Shown: positions 1-13,566 of the stretch, in pieces
Numbering within the stretch: position 1 is the first letter of the stretch
Layout of the letters: every line of letters starts with the position of its first letter
Assembly: GCF_009914755.1 (NCBI RefSeq)
Contig: NC_060934.1
Reading direction: 5' to 3' (one strand)
Length of the DNA stretch: 64,000 bases
Source of the DNA: the human T2T-CHM13v2.0 reference genome, Homo sapiens
The notes under the pieces: generated by a model
What the model saw: only the letters and a program-made list of their open reading frames with translations
What the model was told of the DNA's origin: nothing
The model's database searches: none
Position numbers and translations under genes: made by a program

Positions 1-19
1 GGCCACCTTAAGATATGTC

Positions 20-305
20 TACCACAATGACTGAGTAGGGTTTATTTCCAGAATTCAAGGATGGTTTGACATTAAAAAATCAATCAATGTGACTCATTAA
101 AAAACTATTAAATATACAAGAAAAACCATAAGTTCATCTTCATAAGTACAGATTTTTAAAAATGAAACCTCACTCCCTTTCCTAGTAGAAACAGTCATCT
201 GGGAATAGAAATGCATTTCTTTAATCTGATAAAAGACATCTGAGAAAAGCCTCCAGCTAACATTATGCTTAATGGTGAAAGAATGATTTTTTTCTAAGTT
301 TTAGG
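20..305 (+). mobile_element. Old L1 (L1M) ORF2 reverse-transcriptase region fragment
   Basis: gggtttatttccagaattcaaggatggtttgacatt and gctaacattatgcttaatggtgaaaga match the degenerate L1 ORF2 motifs GFIPGMQGWF and ANIILNGE. Confidence 0.8.
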
Positions 306-326
306 AGAGGGGAAGAGAGAGTGTGA

Positions 327-713
<387 letters not shown>

Positions 714-733
714 AGTATCAACAATCTTATATA

Positions 734-2540
734 TAGTTATGCATTGTTTAACAACAGGACTATGTTCTGAGAAATGTGTTTTTAAGTGATTTTGTCATTG
801 TGTAAACATAATAGAGTGTACTTACACAAACCTAGGTGGTATCCCCTCCTACACACCTAGGTTACAAATCTGTACAGCCTGTTATTGTGCTGAATACTGT
901 AGGGAATTGGAACACAATGGTAGGTATGTGTGTGTCTAAACACACAAAAAAGTTTAGTAAAAATACAGTATAAAAGATAAACAATGGTACACCTGTATAG
1001 GGCACCTACCATGAATGGAGCTTGCAGAACTGGAAGTTGCTCTGGGTGTTTGGTAAGTGAGTGTGTGTGAATGTAAAGGCCTAGGATATTTTTGTACATT
1101 ACTGTATGTTACTACATTACTGTAGACTTTATACACACTGTACACTTAAGCTACACAAATTTATAAAAATATTTTTCTTTTTTTCAGTAATAAATTAAAC
1201 TTACTGATTTAGCTCTGATGAGTGGAGGAACACCATGGTTCTTGTCTTGAGCTGAATTACATAAAATGACACGGACACACATGGAGTGGTTTTAAGGAGC
1301 TGAGAGTTTAATAGGCAAGAGAGAAGTAAGAAGCTCCCTCATACAGAGACAGAGGGAGGGGGGCTCCAAAGCCGAGAGAGGAGACCCCATATGCCACTGA
1401 TACCAGCCAGGTATATGAAGACGCTGGAGGAGGTGGTGTTTGATTTGCATAGAGTTCACGGGATTGGTTTGACCAGGCGTGTCATTCACGTAGCCTGCAA
1501 AACACTGGCTCTCCCACCCTAGCCTTTTAATTTGCAAATGCAGGGCACCGTGATGTTCTACACATGTGGGGTTATGTGGGGGCAGCCATGTTGCCAGGCA
1601 CGTGAGAGGCAAGGGCAAGAAGGCCACGGGAATCACCATGTTTGGGTGGACCCAGTTTCTAATGGCTTGCATTTGCATATCAAAGGTTGCCAGCCTGGCT
1701 CTAAGAGCCAGAGCTTTCCAACTAGACAAGAAATGTTTCTGGAGCTGCTTTAAAAATGAAAAGTTTCCAAGGACCGCTTTCCTCTCTATCTACCTAAAAT
1801 AATTTGTTAATGACTCCTACCATATTACCTTCTGTAAATATTTCACTTTATAATCTTTTTTTTAAACTTATTGGTTCTTTGTCACAACATTTAGCTTAAA
1901 GCACAAACACGTTGTACAGCTGTGCAAAGATATTCTTTCTTTATAACCTTATTCTATACACTTTTCTCTTTTTAACTTAATTTTGTTGTTGTTGTTGTTA
2001 GGAACACACACACATACATTAGCCTAGGCCTATACAGGGGTCAGGATCATCAATATCACTGCCTTCTACCTTTACATCTCGTCCCACTGGAAAGTCTTCT
2101 GGGGCAATAACACACATGGAACTGTCATCTCCTATGATAACAATGCTTTCTTCTAGAATATCACCTGAAGAAGCTACCTGAGGCTGTTTTACAGTTAAGT
2201 TTTTTAAAAAAAGTATTTTTTTATTTAAGTAGAAGGAGTACACTCTACAATAACAGTAGAAAATATGGTGTAGTAAATACACAAACCAGTAACATCATTT
2301 ATTATCATTTTATCAAGTAGTATGCACTGTACATAGTTGCATGTACTAAGACTGGCAGTGAGGTAGGTCTGTTTACACCAGCATCCTCACAAACACATGA
2401 GTAATGCATTGTGCTATGATGTTACAATGACTACAGTGTCACCAGGTGATAGGAAATTTTCAGGTTTATTATAATCTTATGACCACTATCGTATAATTGG
2501 TTGGTCATTGACCAAAAAGTTGTTACATGGCACATGACTA
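734..2540 (-). mobile_element. Tigger3b-like DNA transposon, split by an LTR
   Basis: Decayed terminal inverted repeats (tagttatg...catgacta); internal gagtgtacttacacaaacctag and cttgcagaactggaagttgctctgggtg typical of Tigger3. Confidence 0.85.
1205..1824 (-). mobile_element. ERV1 solo LTR, LTR9-like
   Basis: About 620 bp, TG start and decayed CA end, 4-bp TSD ttac (1201-1204, 1825-1828); the minus strand reads ...gagtcattaacaaattattttaggtagatagagaggaaa as in LTR9. Confidence 0.8.
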
Positions 2541-2638
2541 AACAAATTGGAATTCATAAAGGAAAAGACAGAGAGAATGGGGTGTAAGAACTATTTGAAG
2601 AGATACAGCAGAAATGTTTGAAAACTGATAAAAGACAT
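2541..2638 (+). mobile_element. L1M ORF1-region fragment, continuing about 360-406
   Basis: gtgagacaatatcaa...aattggaattcataaagg...gagagaatgggg...tatttgaagagata resembles old L1 ORF1. Confidence 0.55.
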
Positions 2639-2900
2639 TGTATTAGTCCATTTTCATACTGCTATGAAGAAGTACCCAAGATTGTATAATTTATAAAGAA
2701 AAAGAGCTTTAATAAACTCACTTTTCCATGTGGCTGGGGAGGCCTCATAATTATGGCAGAAGGCAAAGGAAGAGCAAATGCACATCTTACATGGCAGCAG
2801 GCAAGAGAGTGTGTGCAGGGGAACTGCCCTTTATAAAACCATCAGGTCTTGTGAGACTTATATTCACTATCATGAAAGCAGCATGGGAAAAACCCACCCC
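2639..2900 (-). mobile_element. THE1/MSTA MaLR LTR, truncated
   Basis: tgtattagtccattttcatactgctat...ggggaactgccctttataaaaccatcag. Confidence 0.85.
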
Positions 2901-2961
2901 ATTTCAGTTTTAATCCTGGTATCAGTCCATTTCAGTTTTAACCCTAATTTCAGCCTTTTCT

Positions 2962-3100
2962 GGCTGTGTCCTCAGTTTCTTCATCTGTAAAATGAGGGAT
3001 AAGATAATACCTACCTTGCAGAATGATTTTGTGGATTAGTCTCTCTAGCACTTAGAATAGTGCCTGGTACATTGTAAGTGCTCCGTTATTAGCTATTAGC
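2962..3100 (+). mobile_element. MIR
   Basis: Core cctcagtttcttcatctgtaaaatg and 3' end agcacttagaatagtgcctgg. Confidence 0.8.
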
Positions 3101-3299
3101 ATGTGATTACACACAATACCTGCATCATAATAAGCATTTGAAAACTGATAGTGACTATTACATCATTGCAGTGCCCAGTATAGAAGAAACTCTTGGGTTA
3201 TTTAGGATATGTACGTAACACATACAGATATGTTGTAGCAGATAGACCCAAATATGCAATGGCTTGAAGAAGTTTGCTTTTCACTCATGTAGCAGTCCA

Positions 3300-3719
3300 G
3301 ATAAATGAAGACTTGTGTATGCACAAAAACCCTGTGCATGAATGTTTATAGCAGCTTTATTTATAATGGCCCTAAACTGAAAACAACTAAGATAACTTTC
3401 AATGATAAGTGGTTAAACAAACTGTGGCAAATCCATACCACGGCTTACTATGCAGTAATAAAAAGGAGTGAACTGTTGATATGTATAGTAACCTGGTTGA
3501 ATTTACAGAGAATTATTTTGAGTGAAAAAGGCAGTCCCCCAAAGATTCTATTCAGTATGATTTCATTTATATAACATTCTTGAAATGACAAAATTATAAA
3601 AATGAAGAACTGATTGATGGTAAGGGAAACTGAGGAAGGGATACTCTGGATCTCTTTATATTATTTTTTACAACTGTGTGTGAATCTACAATTATCTCCA
3701 AATAAAAAGTTAAAAAAAA
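3300..3719 (+). mobile_element. Old L1 3' end (L1MC/MD-like)
   Basis: gaatgtttatagcagctttatttataat...gaatctacaattatctccaaataaaaagtt followed by an A tail. Confidence 0.8.
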
Positions 3720-3860
3720 TCTCCTGATTTATTTCCTAAAACATACATAAGCATGGAAAACATAACTTATATTTTTAACTTCCACTTGATTTTAAAAGAC
3801 AGTGCAAAACTCTTTGCTATGAAAAATTTTTCTCCCTGGAAAGCCTATCCTCACTGGAAA

Positions 3861-4300
3861 TGTTATCAGTTGAGGGTAGTTGTCCGGGTTCTTGGCATTT
3901 TGAACAAAGAATTGGACAAAACACACACACAAAGCAAGGCAGCTAAAGCAGGGATTTATTTTAAATGAAAGCACAGTCCACAGGGTGAGAGCGGGATCAA
4001 GCAAGGGGCTCAAGAGCCTCAGTTACAGCTTTTGCTGGGGTTTAAATACCCTCTAGAGGTCTCCATTGCTTCACTCTATGCAAATGAAGTAGTAGCCCAC
4101 AACCAGTCTGATTGGTTGTGGGAGGTAAATAGTAGGTCTGCGACCAGCCTGATTGGTTGTGGGAGGGGACCAATCAGGTACTTTCATTTTCCAACTGCCA
4201 CACAGAAAAAGGCAGAGTTGAAGAGGGAGTAGCCTCAGCTATCCAGTCAGCATGAATCAGCCTTAGGTTCCCTGTCTCCAGACACTGTTCTCCTGCCTCA
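3861..4300 (-). mobile_element. ERV1 solo LTR, MER51-like
   Basis: TG...CA ends; the minus strand starts tgaggcaggagaacagtgtctggagacagggaacctaagg; repeated CCAAT boxes. Confidence 0.8.
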
Positions 4301-4560
4301 CTTTCTCTGCTACCTGCTGCCCTTTATAGTTGCATGGGTTCTTCTTGTGATACCTCTTCCCCCTCATTCCTACCCTTGACGTTCATTTTAACCAGGTTCT
4401 TCTGCCTCTTTTAAGAGTAATCCTTCATTCAAAACATAGTCATGGAGCACCTATATTGTGCCTGGCATTGTGATTCAGTGATTAACAAGGCAGTCCTTAC
4501 CTTCACCCCATTGTCATCTTCCTTACCTCATACTTTATATTTTCCTTAATATAGATCTCG

Positions 4561-4859
4561 TTTTTTTGTTTTGTTTTTGAGACAGAGTCTTGCTCTGTCA
4601 CCCAGGCTGGAGTGCAGTGGTGTGATCTCTGCTCACTGCAACCTCCACCTCCTGGTTCAAGTGATTCTCCTGCCTCAGCCTCCCAAGTAGCTGGGATTAC
4701 AGGCGTGTCCCACCATGCTCAGCTAATTTTTGTGTTTTTAGTACAGATGGGGTTTCTCCATATTGGCCAGGCTGGTCTCGAGCTCCTGACCTCAGGTGAT
4801 CTGCCCACCTCGGCCTCGCAAAGTGCTGGGATTACAGGTGTGAACCACCGCACCTGGTC
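4561..4859 (-). mobile_element. AluS
   Basis: Full dimeric Alu in reverse; ctgacctcaggtgatctgccc. Confidence 0.95.
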
Positions 4860-5536
4860 CCCTTGTAATTTTTGAGTGCCTTCTGCGAGCAAGGCATTAT
4901 GAATCACATTCACTGACCTTTTGAAGGCAACACTATCTCATCTTTATTGTATAGACAAAGGAACATGGGCCTAGGAATAGTAACGGTGCCCAAGTTCACA
5001 CAGGAACTGCCTACTACTGTGACGCCTGTATGTCTCCTGGCTCTGGTCACTGCTGTTCTGGACTTTGACCTAGGAAGCCTCAGTGAGCTTTCCCACACCC
5101 ATTAGGTTAGACATAAGTCTAACTTGGTTCTTGACCTCGCGTCTCCTTTGCTACAACTGCTGCTGCTCGAAACTGAACCCTGTGCGGGTGATCCCAGTCT
5201 CACCACTTGACTTTAACTTCAGACTCATCCTTTCACTTGAAGGTTCAGCGTCTTGTTCTGAATCATCAGTCAGCAACGAAAGGAAAATTTGTAAGATGAC
5301 ATGAGGACTGTTCTCACCAGTCTTTGCAAATCCATCATGTAGGAAAACCTGTAAAAAAATCATAGCCCTCTGCACACCAATTCCATATTGACAACAGTGA
5401 ATAAAATGTCCCCGACTCCACTGTCTCCACTGCTCATCTGCCAGCATCATCATTCTTTCCTTCCCCTCTCTGAGAAAATAATCACCCTTCACTCCATCTC
5501 CCAGTGAATCCTCTGAGATAATTACTATTCATATCT

Positions 5537-5788
5537 TTTTTTTTTTTTTTGGAGACAGAGGCTCGCTCTGTTGCCCAGGCTGCGGATTCAAGCAGTTCTC
5601 ATGCCTCAGCCTCCCAAGTAGCTGGGATTACAGGTGCGTGCCACCATCCCCAGCTAATTTTTGTACTTTAGTAGAGATGAGCCTTCACCATGTCATCCAG
5701 GCTGGTCTCAAACTCCTGACCTCAGATGATCTGCCCCCCTCTGCCTCCCAAAGTGCTGGGATTACAGGCATGAGCCACCACACCTGGC
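5537..5788 (-). mobile_element. AluS with an internal deletion of about 45 bp, inserted in a MIR
   Basis: 16-bp TSD tactattcatatcttt (5523-5538, 5789-5804); MIR-like sequence on both sides (about 5490-5895). Confidence 0.9.
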
Positions 5789-6135
5789 TACTATTCATAT
5801 CTTTATTTAACATATAAAGAAGCAGGCTCAGAGAGATGATATAATCTCTCCAGGATTGTACAGCTAGAATAGGCAGGATTTACACCTTGTCTGCTGGTGC
5901 CTCTCCTTTGCTGCCATCTGCAGAAAAATGGCATTCCCTGACCCACTGCAGTGCCAAGCTCTATCCTAGGCAGCACCTTGGTTCTGCTTAGCCTTGTGAA
6001 CTAGAGGATCAGCAGGAAATATTGCTGAGCAATTTGTATGCAATTGTTAACTGAAAAACCCTTATGATAGCTGCTAGCTAATGTTAAAAAGTAATGATCA
6101 TGTCATAGAAACAGAGCACGATATTTAAAAGCTTG

Positions 6136-6738
6136 CCGTTACTGGGTATACACCCAAAGGAATATAAATCATTCTATTATAAAGACACTTGCAAGCATAT
6201 ATTTATTACAGCACTATTCACAATAGCAAAGACATGGAATCAACCCAAATGCCCATCAATGACAGACTGGATCAAGAAAATGTGGTACATATACACCATG
6301 GAATGCTATGCAGCCACAAAAAGGAACGAGATCATGTTCTCTGCAGGGACGTGGATGAAGCTGGAAGCTATCATCTTCAGCAAACTAACAGGAACAGAAA
6401 ACCAAACACCGCATGTTCTCACTCATAAGTGGGAGCTGAACAATGAGAACACATGGACACAGGGAGGGGAACAACACACACGGGGGCCTGTTGGCGAGGG
6501 AGGGGGTGGGAGACTATCAGGATAAATAGCTAACACATGTGGGGCTTAATACCTAGGTTGATAGGTGCAGCAAACCACCATGGCACACATTTAACTTTGT
6601 AACAAGCCTGCATCTTCTGCACATGTATCCCAGAACTTAAAATAAAATAAATATAAAAAAATTAAAATAGGTATATGTTTTAAATATACAAATATTTATG
6701 TTTAAATAAATAAATATGCATATGTTTTAATAATGTAT
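6136..6738 (+). mobile_element. L1PA 3' end (about L1PA10-13), 5' truncated
   Basis: ORF2 C-terminus (TWNQPKCPS...KKMWYIYTME), 3'UTR and A-rich tail; 15-bp TSD atatttaaaagcttg at 6121-6135 and 6739-6753. Confidence 0.95.
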
Positions 6739-6753
6739 ATATTTAAAAGCTTG

Positions 6754-6890
6754 GGTTCTGGGCTCCAGTCAAGCACATTTGAATGCCTACTCCACTGCTG
6801 TAGTTCTATGATGTTTAGCAGGCTGCTTAGCTTCTCTGCACCTCAGTTTCCTGCTCTGCGAAATAGGGTTAAAAATAGTACCCATCCCCA
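6754..6890 (+). mobile_element. MIR, host of the L1PA insertion
   Basis: ctctgcacctcagtttcctg core. Confidence 0.7.
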
Positions 6891-8369
6891 AAAGTGGCAT
6901 AAGAAATTTATATTTGGATTTAAGTCTACCATTCCTTTAGTTCGTGGAGCGTTTCCTTGTTGAGTTTTTTGAAAGGTCAAAAATGGATCATTTAGTTTTC
7001 ACAAGCATTCTCAAAACCCTAAGTAGCTTTTAATCACACTACTTTTAACGAGTCTCCTTTCCAGACTAAACTGTCCTAATCTTGGAAATCTTGCTTCCTT
7101 TGGAGCTGGAATCACATGTACCGAAGTAGAAACAAAAACACTCTGTTCAGCATTTATGAGGGAAAGTCCTGCACAGGGCTCATTCGCAGCAGTCTTTCCT
7201 GTGGAAAGACTGAAAAATTAAAGCAGGGAAGTTCAAAGACGGGGCTGCAGAATAAAAACAAAATCCCTTAAAATTACACTGATGGTTTTTCCAGATAAGC
7301 AGGTAATTCTTCGAGATAATTTGGAGAGAATTCAATAGTGTTTATTGCAGGTTCACTTAAGACAGCTAAACATTTAGCTCTAAAAGCCATTTCAAAGCGA
7401 AACTCTAAACAGTATTTTAGAATAAGAAGAAATTATATGCACACTCTTACCTCCCAGGGATTTTGAAGAGTTAATGAGGGAAATAGATGGTCTGGGGAGA
7501 AAATTGCCTGAAGAATTACAGGAAATATAAAAAATTCACCATAAATAAGACAGGCTGACACGGTATAATGTCCATTGAAGTGATTTTTAGTAGAAATAAA
7601 TAAATACCTGTAGGTAGAGTGACTTTCTGTTCAATGATAATAATAGCGAACATTCTAGGAGGCATGGCTAAGAGGAACAAGGATTGCTGCAAAAATTTAA
7701 AACTAGTTCAAGCACTTATCACCTTTTTTTCCTTCTTTGACACAAAGTGTCCAAGAAGCATTAGTATTCACTTGAAAAAGAATATCTTAATAATTTCTTA
7801 AGGAGCAATTCAGACTATTTTATTTGCTGGAAAAATGACACATAAAATAGCAGTTTGCTGTTGCAATACATCACAGTGAGTGTCCTTAATGGGGAAAAAA
7901 GCCACGTTATTCTCCAATGAGGTTAGAAATATTAAATGTTCAGCATTCTTAAAAAGGATGAATAGACAATGATTGAAAACAAGGCCTTTTAATAAAATGT
8001 GCTTATGTTATTCTAAACCTTCATGTGAACTCTTTTGGAAAAAATAGAAAAAAGTGTTGGGCTTCTTCCTCTGAACCACTCTGGGAAAATCACCCTCATT
8101 AATAACTTTCTCACATCCCTCACAGTCCTCCCTCAAAGACTGTTTCGAGGTTTCCACCTCTCAATCTTACTTTTGTGGTGATTTTTCTCAGAAAATCATG
8201 TCCTTCTAAACATAGTTAAACATTGTGGTTCCATGCATACTCTTTTTACCAAGAGCAGTTTTGTGTCCCAGCATGGGTTAAAGTCATGCACTCAAAGATC
8301 TGAAGCTCCACTGCCTTCGAAGTCAGAATTTCTGGAATCAATATAGCAAAGTTCTGAACACCCAGACGT

Positions 8370-8545
8370 TTGAATCAAAGAGATCTGGACTTGAATCCTG
8401 CCTCAGTCCTTCCTAGCTAAATAGCTTTAGCTGAGTTACTCAGCTTCTCTGATCTCCAGGTTTCTCCCTGTACAGTGGGAAAAGTAAAACTTACATACCA
8501 AGATCATTGTGGTGGATAAATGAGATTATTGGTCTAAAACACCTC
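8370..8545 (+). mobile_element. MIR
   Basis: ctggacttgaatcctgcctc...gagttactcagcttctctg...ggataaatgagatta. Confidence 0.7.
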
Positions 8546-8549
8546 TCTC

Positions 8550-9130
8550 GATTTGTTAAAGAACTAAAGGTAGATCTACTATTCAATCCAGCAATCCCAC
8601 TACTGAATATCTACCCAAAGGAAAAGAAGTCATATTAAAAAACACCTGCACCCATATGTTTATGGAAGCACAATTAACAATTGCAAAGATATGGAATCAA
8701 TCTAAGTGCCAATTGACCAATAAGTAGATAAAGAAAATGTGGTGTATATACACCATGGAATACTACTCAGCCATAAAAAGAGAATAAAATAATGTCTTTT
8801 GCGGCAACTTGGATGAACCTGGAGGCCATGATCCTAAGCAAAGTAACTCAGGAATACAAAACCACATACTGCATGTACTTACTTATAAATGGGAGCTAAG
8901 CTATGGGTATGCAAAGGCATACAGATTGGTATAATGAACACCAGATTCACAGAAGCGAGAAGGGTTGCAGGGGTGAGGTATAAAACACTGCAATTGGGTA
9001 CAAAGCATACTACTTGAGTGATGGGTGCACTAAAATGTCAGGCTTCACCACTGTGCAATTCATCCATCTTATCAAAAACCACTTGTACCCCCAAATGCTG
9101 TTGAAGTACAACATATTAAGTTTTTAAAAA
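8550..9130 (+). mobile_element. L1PB-type 3' end
   Basis: cagcaatcccactactg...gggagctaagctatgggtatgcaaaggcatacag...aaaaccacttgtacccc. Confidence 0.9.
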
Positions 9131-10142
9131 AGCTTCATTCCTGGTATCCATTTCACTGTTGATATGGTTGTTGTCAACATGCCAGCCCAGAGCACTGAGT
9201 CTATTGAGGTGCTGCAAAGACCATATTGGCCTTGAGCAATAGGTTTAGTGGCAATGTTGTACTAGAGTTAGCGTTTTCTCCCAGAAGCGGAAGTTCTTTT
9301 TTTTTGGTGCCAGACCTACTTGTTCCTTACTTACTGACCACTCAATATATGAAAGCCTTTCTTAAATAGTCTTTGTTTTGAAACCTGTCCAGGTTCAACT
9401 TGCCAATGATGGCCACTGAATATGAGGACCCTAAGACATCAAGACTCTAGGGTTTGTTTTAATTATATACTTGAGAGATTTTCAGAAAAGCACACTTAAT
9501 ATATATGTCTAGACATTTAGAATGTTACAATATGAGATGCCTCTTTTTTTTTAAGTGCCTGTTAGATTTCTTCAACGATTTTTAAAAATTGGCCTGGTTG
9601 ACATAAAGCATTCCTCTATCTAAGTGTTGTGCTCAATTGCATGAATGATAGTTTAGAACCATATTCTCTCTCTGTGGAAAGAATGCTGGGGGTCCTGGCT
9701 CCACACTTCACCAGAAGGGAAAATACTCCTCTTGTATTTATGATGGTTTTTCTTTCCACTTGATTAAGTAAGAAGAAAGTGTAATTAAGAAGGTACTTCT
9801 TGAAGCACTGTCAATTTGGGAACGAGATTCTCAGGAATGAAAAATCTGTGACTGTTCTCAGCATGAAAGGTAGAGAGAAGATTACTTGATCATTATGTGC
9901 TTATTTGAAAGTCCTTTTCCTTCCATGCCTCAGCATCTCACTTTGTTACTGTGCACACTGAATGCCTGGGATCTCTGTTTTTTACAAAAGACAAAGTTGT
10001 ATTATTAAAGGAATGATATTACCTGGGAAAAAGTTCAGTACTGAATGGTTACTCTATAAAGAGATTAAAAAAGAAAGTCAAGGGAGGGTAAGGAAGGCAA
10101 CAGGTGGCTTCCAACCTCATGGGGTCTACTAGCATTATTTCA

Positions 10143-10240
10143 TGCCCAGGCTGGTCTCCAGCTCCTGAGCTCAAGCGATCCACCCTGCCCTGGACTCCCA
10201 AACTGCTGGAATTAGCGGCATGAGCCACCACTTCCTGCCC
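10143..10240 (-). mobile_element. Alu left-monomer/FLAM fragment
   Basis: gcccaggctggtctcc...gctcaagcgatccacc...catgagccacc. Confidence 0.8.
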
Positions 10241-10734
10241 ATTCAAAAATACTTTTTAAAAATTTTATTCACTACTTTGTAAACATTTACTATGTACCTG
10301 CTATTTACAAGGCACCGTGAGGAGCGCTCTGACAAGGCCAAAGATGAAAGAGTTGACAATTCATGTAACATAAAGCACCTTTGGATAGTCAAGTCATCTC
10401 CTTCATTGAAATGTAACACACCATCCGATGACAACCAGATCTGCTCGGGGTAGAGCAGGTGTACATTCAGCCTTCACGCTTCCAGCCACTTTCTCATCAG
10501 TTGAAACCTTGGGAAAGCTCTAGAATGGAAAAGAGATGCTCTGCCTGCCTTTCACCACTTTTTAAGAAGTTTTATATGAAGTTCCTAGTGCCAATTCTGT
10601 TTATTGATTCTCTTTCTCCAAGACAACAACTGAGGGTTACAGTTCCTGGACACTGGAAAATAGAGATGATCTCTCCTGGCACAATCCATCATCGTTTCTA
10701 ATATTTATTGTTACAATCTAGACTTTTACTTGAG

Positions 10735-11053
<319 letters not shown>

Positions 11054-12253
11054 TGACTTCTGTATGTCCTTCTGGTCTCCCTAATAGATAAGTTCTCGGA
11101 GAGCAGAAGTTACTTCTCATCCTTCTTTGCATCCAAACAAGTTTCATTAACAATGAATATGTACAAAAATGATTTCTGCCTGGATGCCCCTTTCAGAGGG
11201 ACCTAATCTACACACAGAACAAATACGGGATCATTAGCTGAAGGGTTTATAGGGGCACAATCTTATTTTTGCCCCGCTTTTGATTATTTCCTTTCCCTCT
11301 GGCTCTTCTTGAGTTTAGATTAATTTTTTCTGCCCCTTCCTTTTTTCTCTATAAGAACATGTATTCCTTTCTGTGGTGCCTGCCTGAACTCATGCTCTGT
11401 GTCTGCAGTAACCCTGTGCATGGAGCAATGGGTACCACAGCCTCCCCCAAGAAGGAAGCGAACAGAGAATGTCTCCCATCCAGGGAAAGCATCCACAGCC
11501 CTGTCCGGAAGTGCCAATGTAGGCTGACTCCTTTGTTCTTTCTCTCTGTACTTTTCAGAGTTTTTCTATTTAAACATAGGGACACAAGTCTACTATGATA
11601 ACAGGAGGTATTTTAATGCATAAATAGCTTTATCCACGTTGGGAACGCATTTCCTGTTTTGACTTCTTCTCTAAATATATATATATATAATTTTTAAATT
11701 ATAGGTTTACGTCAGGAGGACAATTTAGTCAAGTATGACTTTCTTCCCCAAACATGTCCCAGTTGCCACACATAAACTATGGAATGTGAGGAGGCTCAGA
11801 GAATGCACGAAGGGAGGCATCCTCCTCCTCGCCCTCCAGTTACAACATTTTAAAATCATCTCTCTCTCTACTCTTTTTCTGTAGCGACAAAGTCTACAGA
11901 GGAGCTGCTCTCTAAGCAAAAGTTGTAAAGACCAGAACCTTAGTTGATACCAACTTAATAGAAAAATATTCAAAATCCTGCTGTAGAGGGAGAAAGTTCC
12001 ATTAGGAGGGGGACTTTTCTTAGGTCCAGCGTGGCTAGCAGGGCACAGGCATTTCTTCTGCAATCCCTCAGACCACTTGCTTATTGGGGGCCGAAGTTCC
12101 CAGGCAATAACAGAGAAGGAAGCTGACATCTCCAGAGAGCTGGGCTGTGTCGTTTGTCATGCAGCTGCGCAGAGGAGCAACCCAAGAAGGTTTCTTTTTC
12201 TGCATCTTACTCTATTTCTGGAGTGTCCATTTTCAAAGTAAAAAAAAAAAAAC

Positions 12254-12919
12254 TTTCTTTTTTCCTGTTTTATTTTTATGTTTTAATTATAATTTTTATT
12301 TTTGATTTGGGGGAACATGGGCAGGTTTTTTACAAAGGTATACTGCGTGATGCTGAGGTTTGGGCTTCTATTGATTCTGTCACCCAGATCATGAGCCTAG
12401 AACCCAATAGGAAGTTTTTCAGCCACCCTCTCTCTTTCTCTCCTTTGGGATTTTCTAGTATCTACTGTTCCCATCTTTATGCCCCTGTATACCCAAGATT
12501 AAGCTCCCCCTTATAAGTGAAAACATGCAGTACTTGGTGTTCTATTCCTGGGTTATTTCTCTTAGAATAATGGCCTCTACCTACATCCATGTTGCTGCAA
12601 AGGCCAGAATTTTGTTCTTTTTTGTGGCTGCATAGTATTCATGGTGTATATGTACCATGTTTTCTTTATCTAATCTCCCATTGATGGGCACCTAGGTTGA
12701 TTCCATATTTTTGCTATTGTGAGTAGTGCTGTGATGAACATACAAGTAGAGGTGTCTTTTTGGTATAATGCATTGCTTTCCTTTGCATACATATATATAT
12801 AAAACCAGTAATGGGATTGCTGGATCAAATGTTAGTTCTGTTTGTAGTTCTTTGAGAAATCTCCAAAATGCTTTCCACAATGGCTGAACTAATTTACATT
12901 CCCACCAGCAGGTATAAGC
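12254..12919 (-). mobile_element. L1PA15-17-like 3' end
   Basis: gtgatgctgaggtttggg...gggattgctggatcaaatg...aatttacattcccaccagca; the minus-strand ORF shows CWWECKLVQPLWK of ORF2. Confidence 0.9.
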
Positions 12920-13102
12920 CTTTCCAAAGGAAGAGTCTTTGACATGGAATCCAATGGCATAGGTTTTAAAACTGAGAGCACTCACCTCAAATTGGAAAAC
13001 AACCAAATAACTTAAATGGATTTGTTATAACACAAAATTAAAGCAGAGACATATAATCAGGTTGACCTACATACAACACAGGTGAAGGATAGGCTTCCGC
13101 TC

Positions 13103-13566
13103 TGTCATGGGTTGGGTTGCCTGGGCAACAGTTCTGAGATGGAGATTTGTATGCAAATGGTTTATTTGAGAGAGTGCTCTAGGGAAAAATACCAAGGCCT
13201 ATAAGAGATTGAGAGGGGCAGGACTGGGTGGGGAGAAAGTGGGCTGTGATGTGGTGGTGACAGAGGCCTCGGCTGTGTCAACAGGAAGTGCTGGACCTTG
13301 GGGGGCCCTTTAGTGTTGTCACAAATTGGGGTGTCAGGGCCAGGCTTATAAACCCCTCCCCATCTTCCTCACTCCCTTTGCCATTGGGCTGCTCTCATCA
13401 CAGGGAAGAAAGGGAGAAATCCTGGACACACAACTCCTTTTAGGCTGAGGGCGATTCCATGAGGGGAACTCAGCTGTGAGCCAAAGGCAGCCACACTCAC
13501 AGCAGCAGAGAGGATTTGTTCAGACCTGGAGGGGGCATCGGGACAGCACCCACAGCATCCACTGCA
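13103..13566 (-). mobile_element. ERVL solo LTR, LTR16-like
   Basis: TG...CA ends; the minus strand starts tgcagtggatgctgtgg and ends aacccaacccatgaca. Confidence 0.65.

Noticed and set aside
6133-6525. 130-aa ORF with clear protein similarity
   Set aside because: It is the C-terminus of L1 ORF2 in a truncated L1PA, not a gene
7160-7170. NF-kB-like sites (also near 12010, 17830, 32290) and scattered AP-1 sites
   Set aside because: Isolated short matches expected by chance in 64 kb
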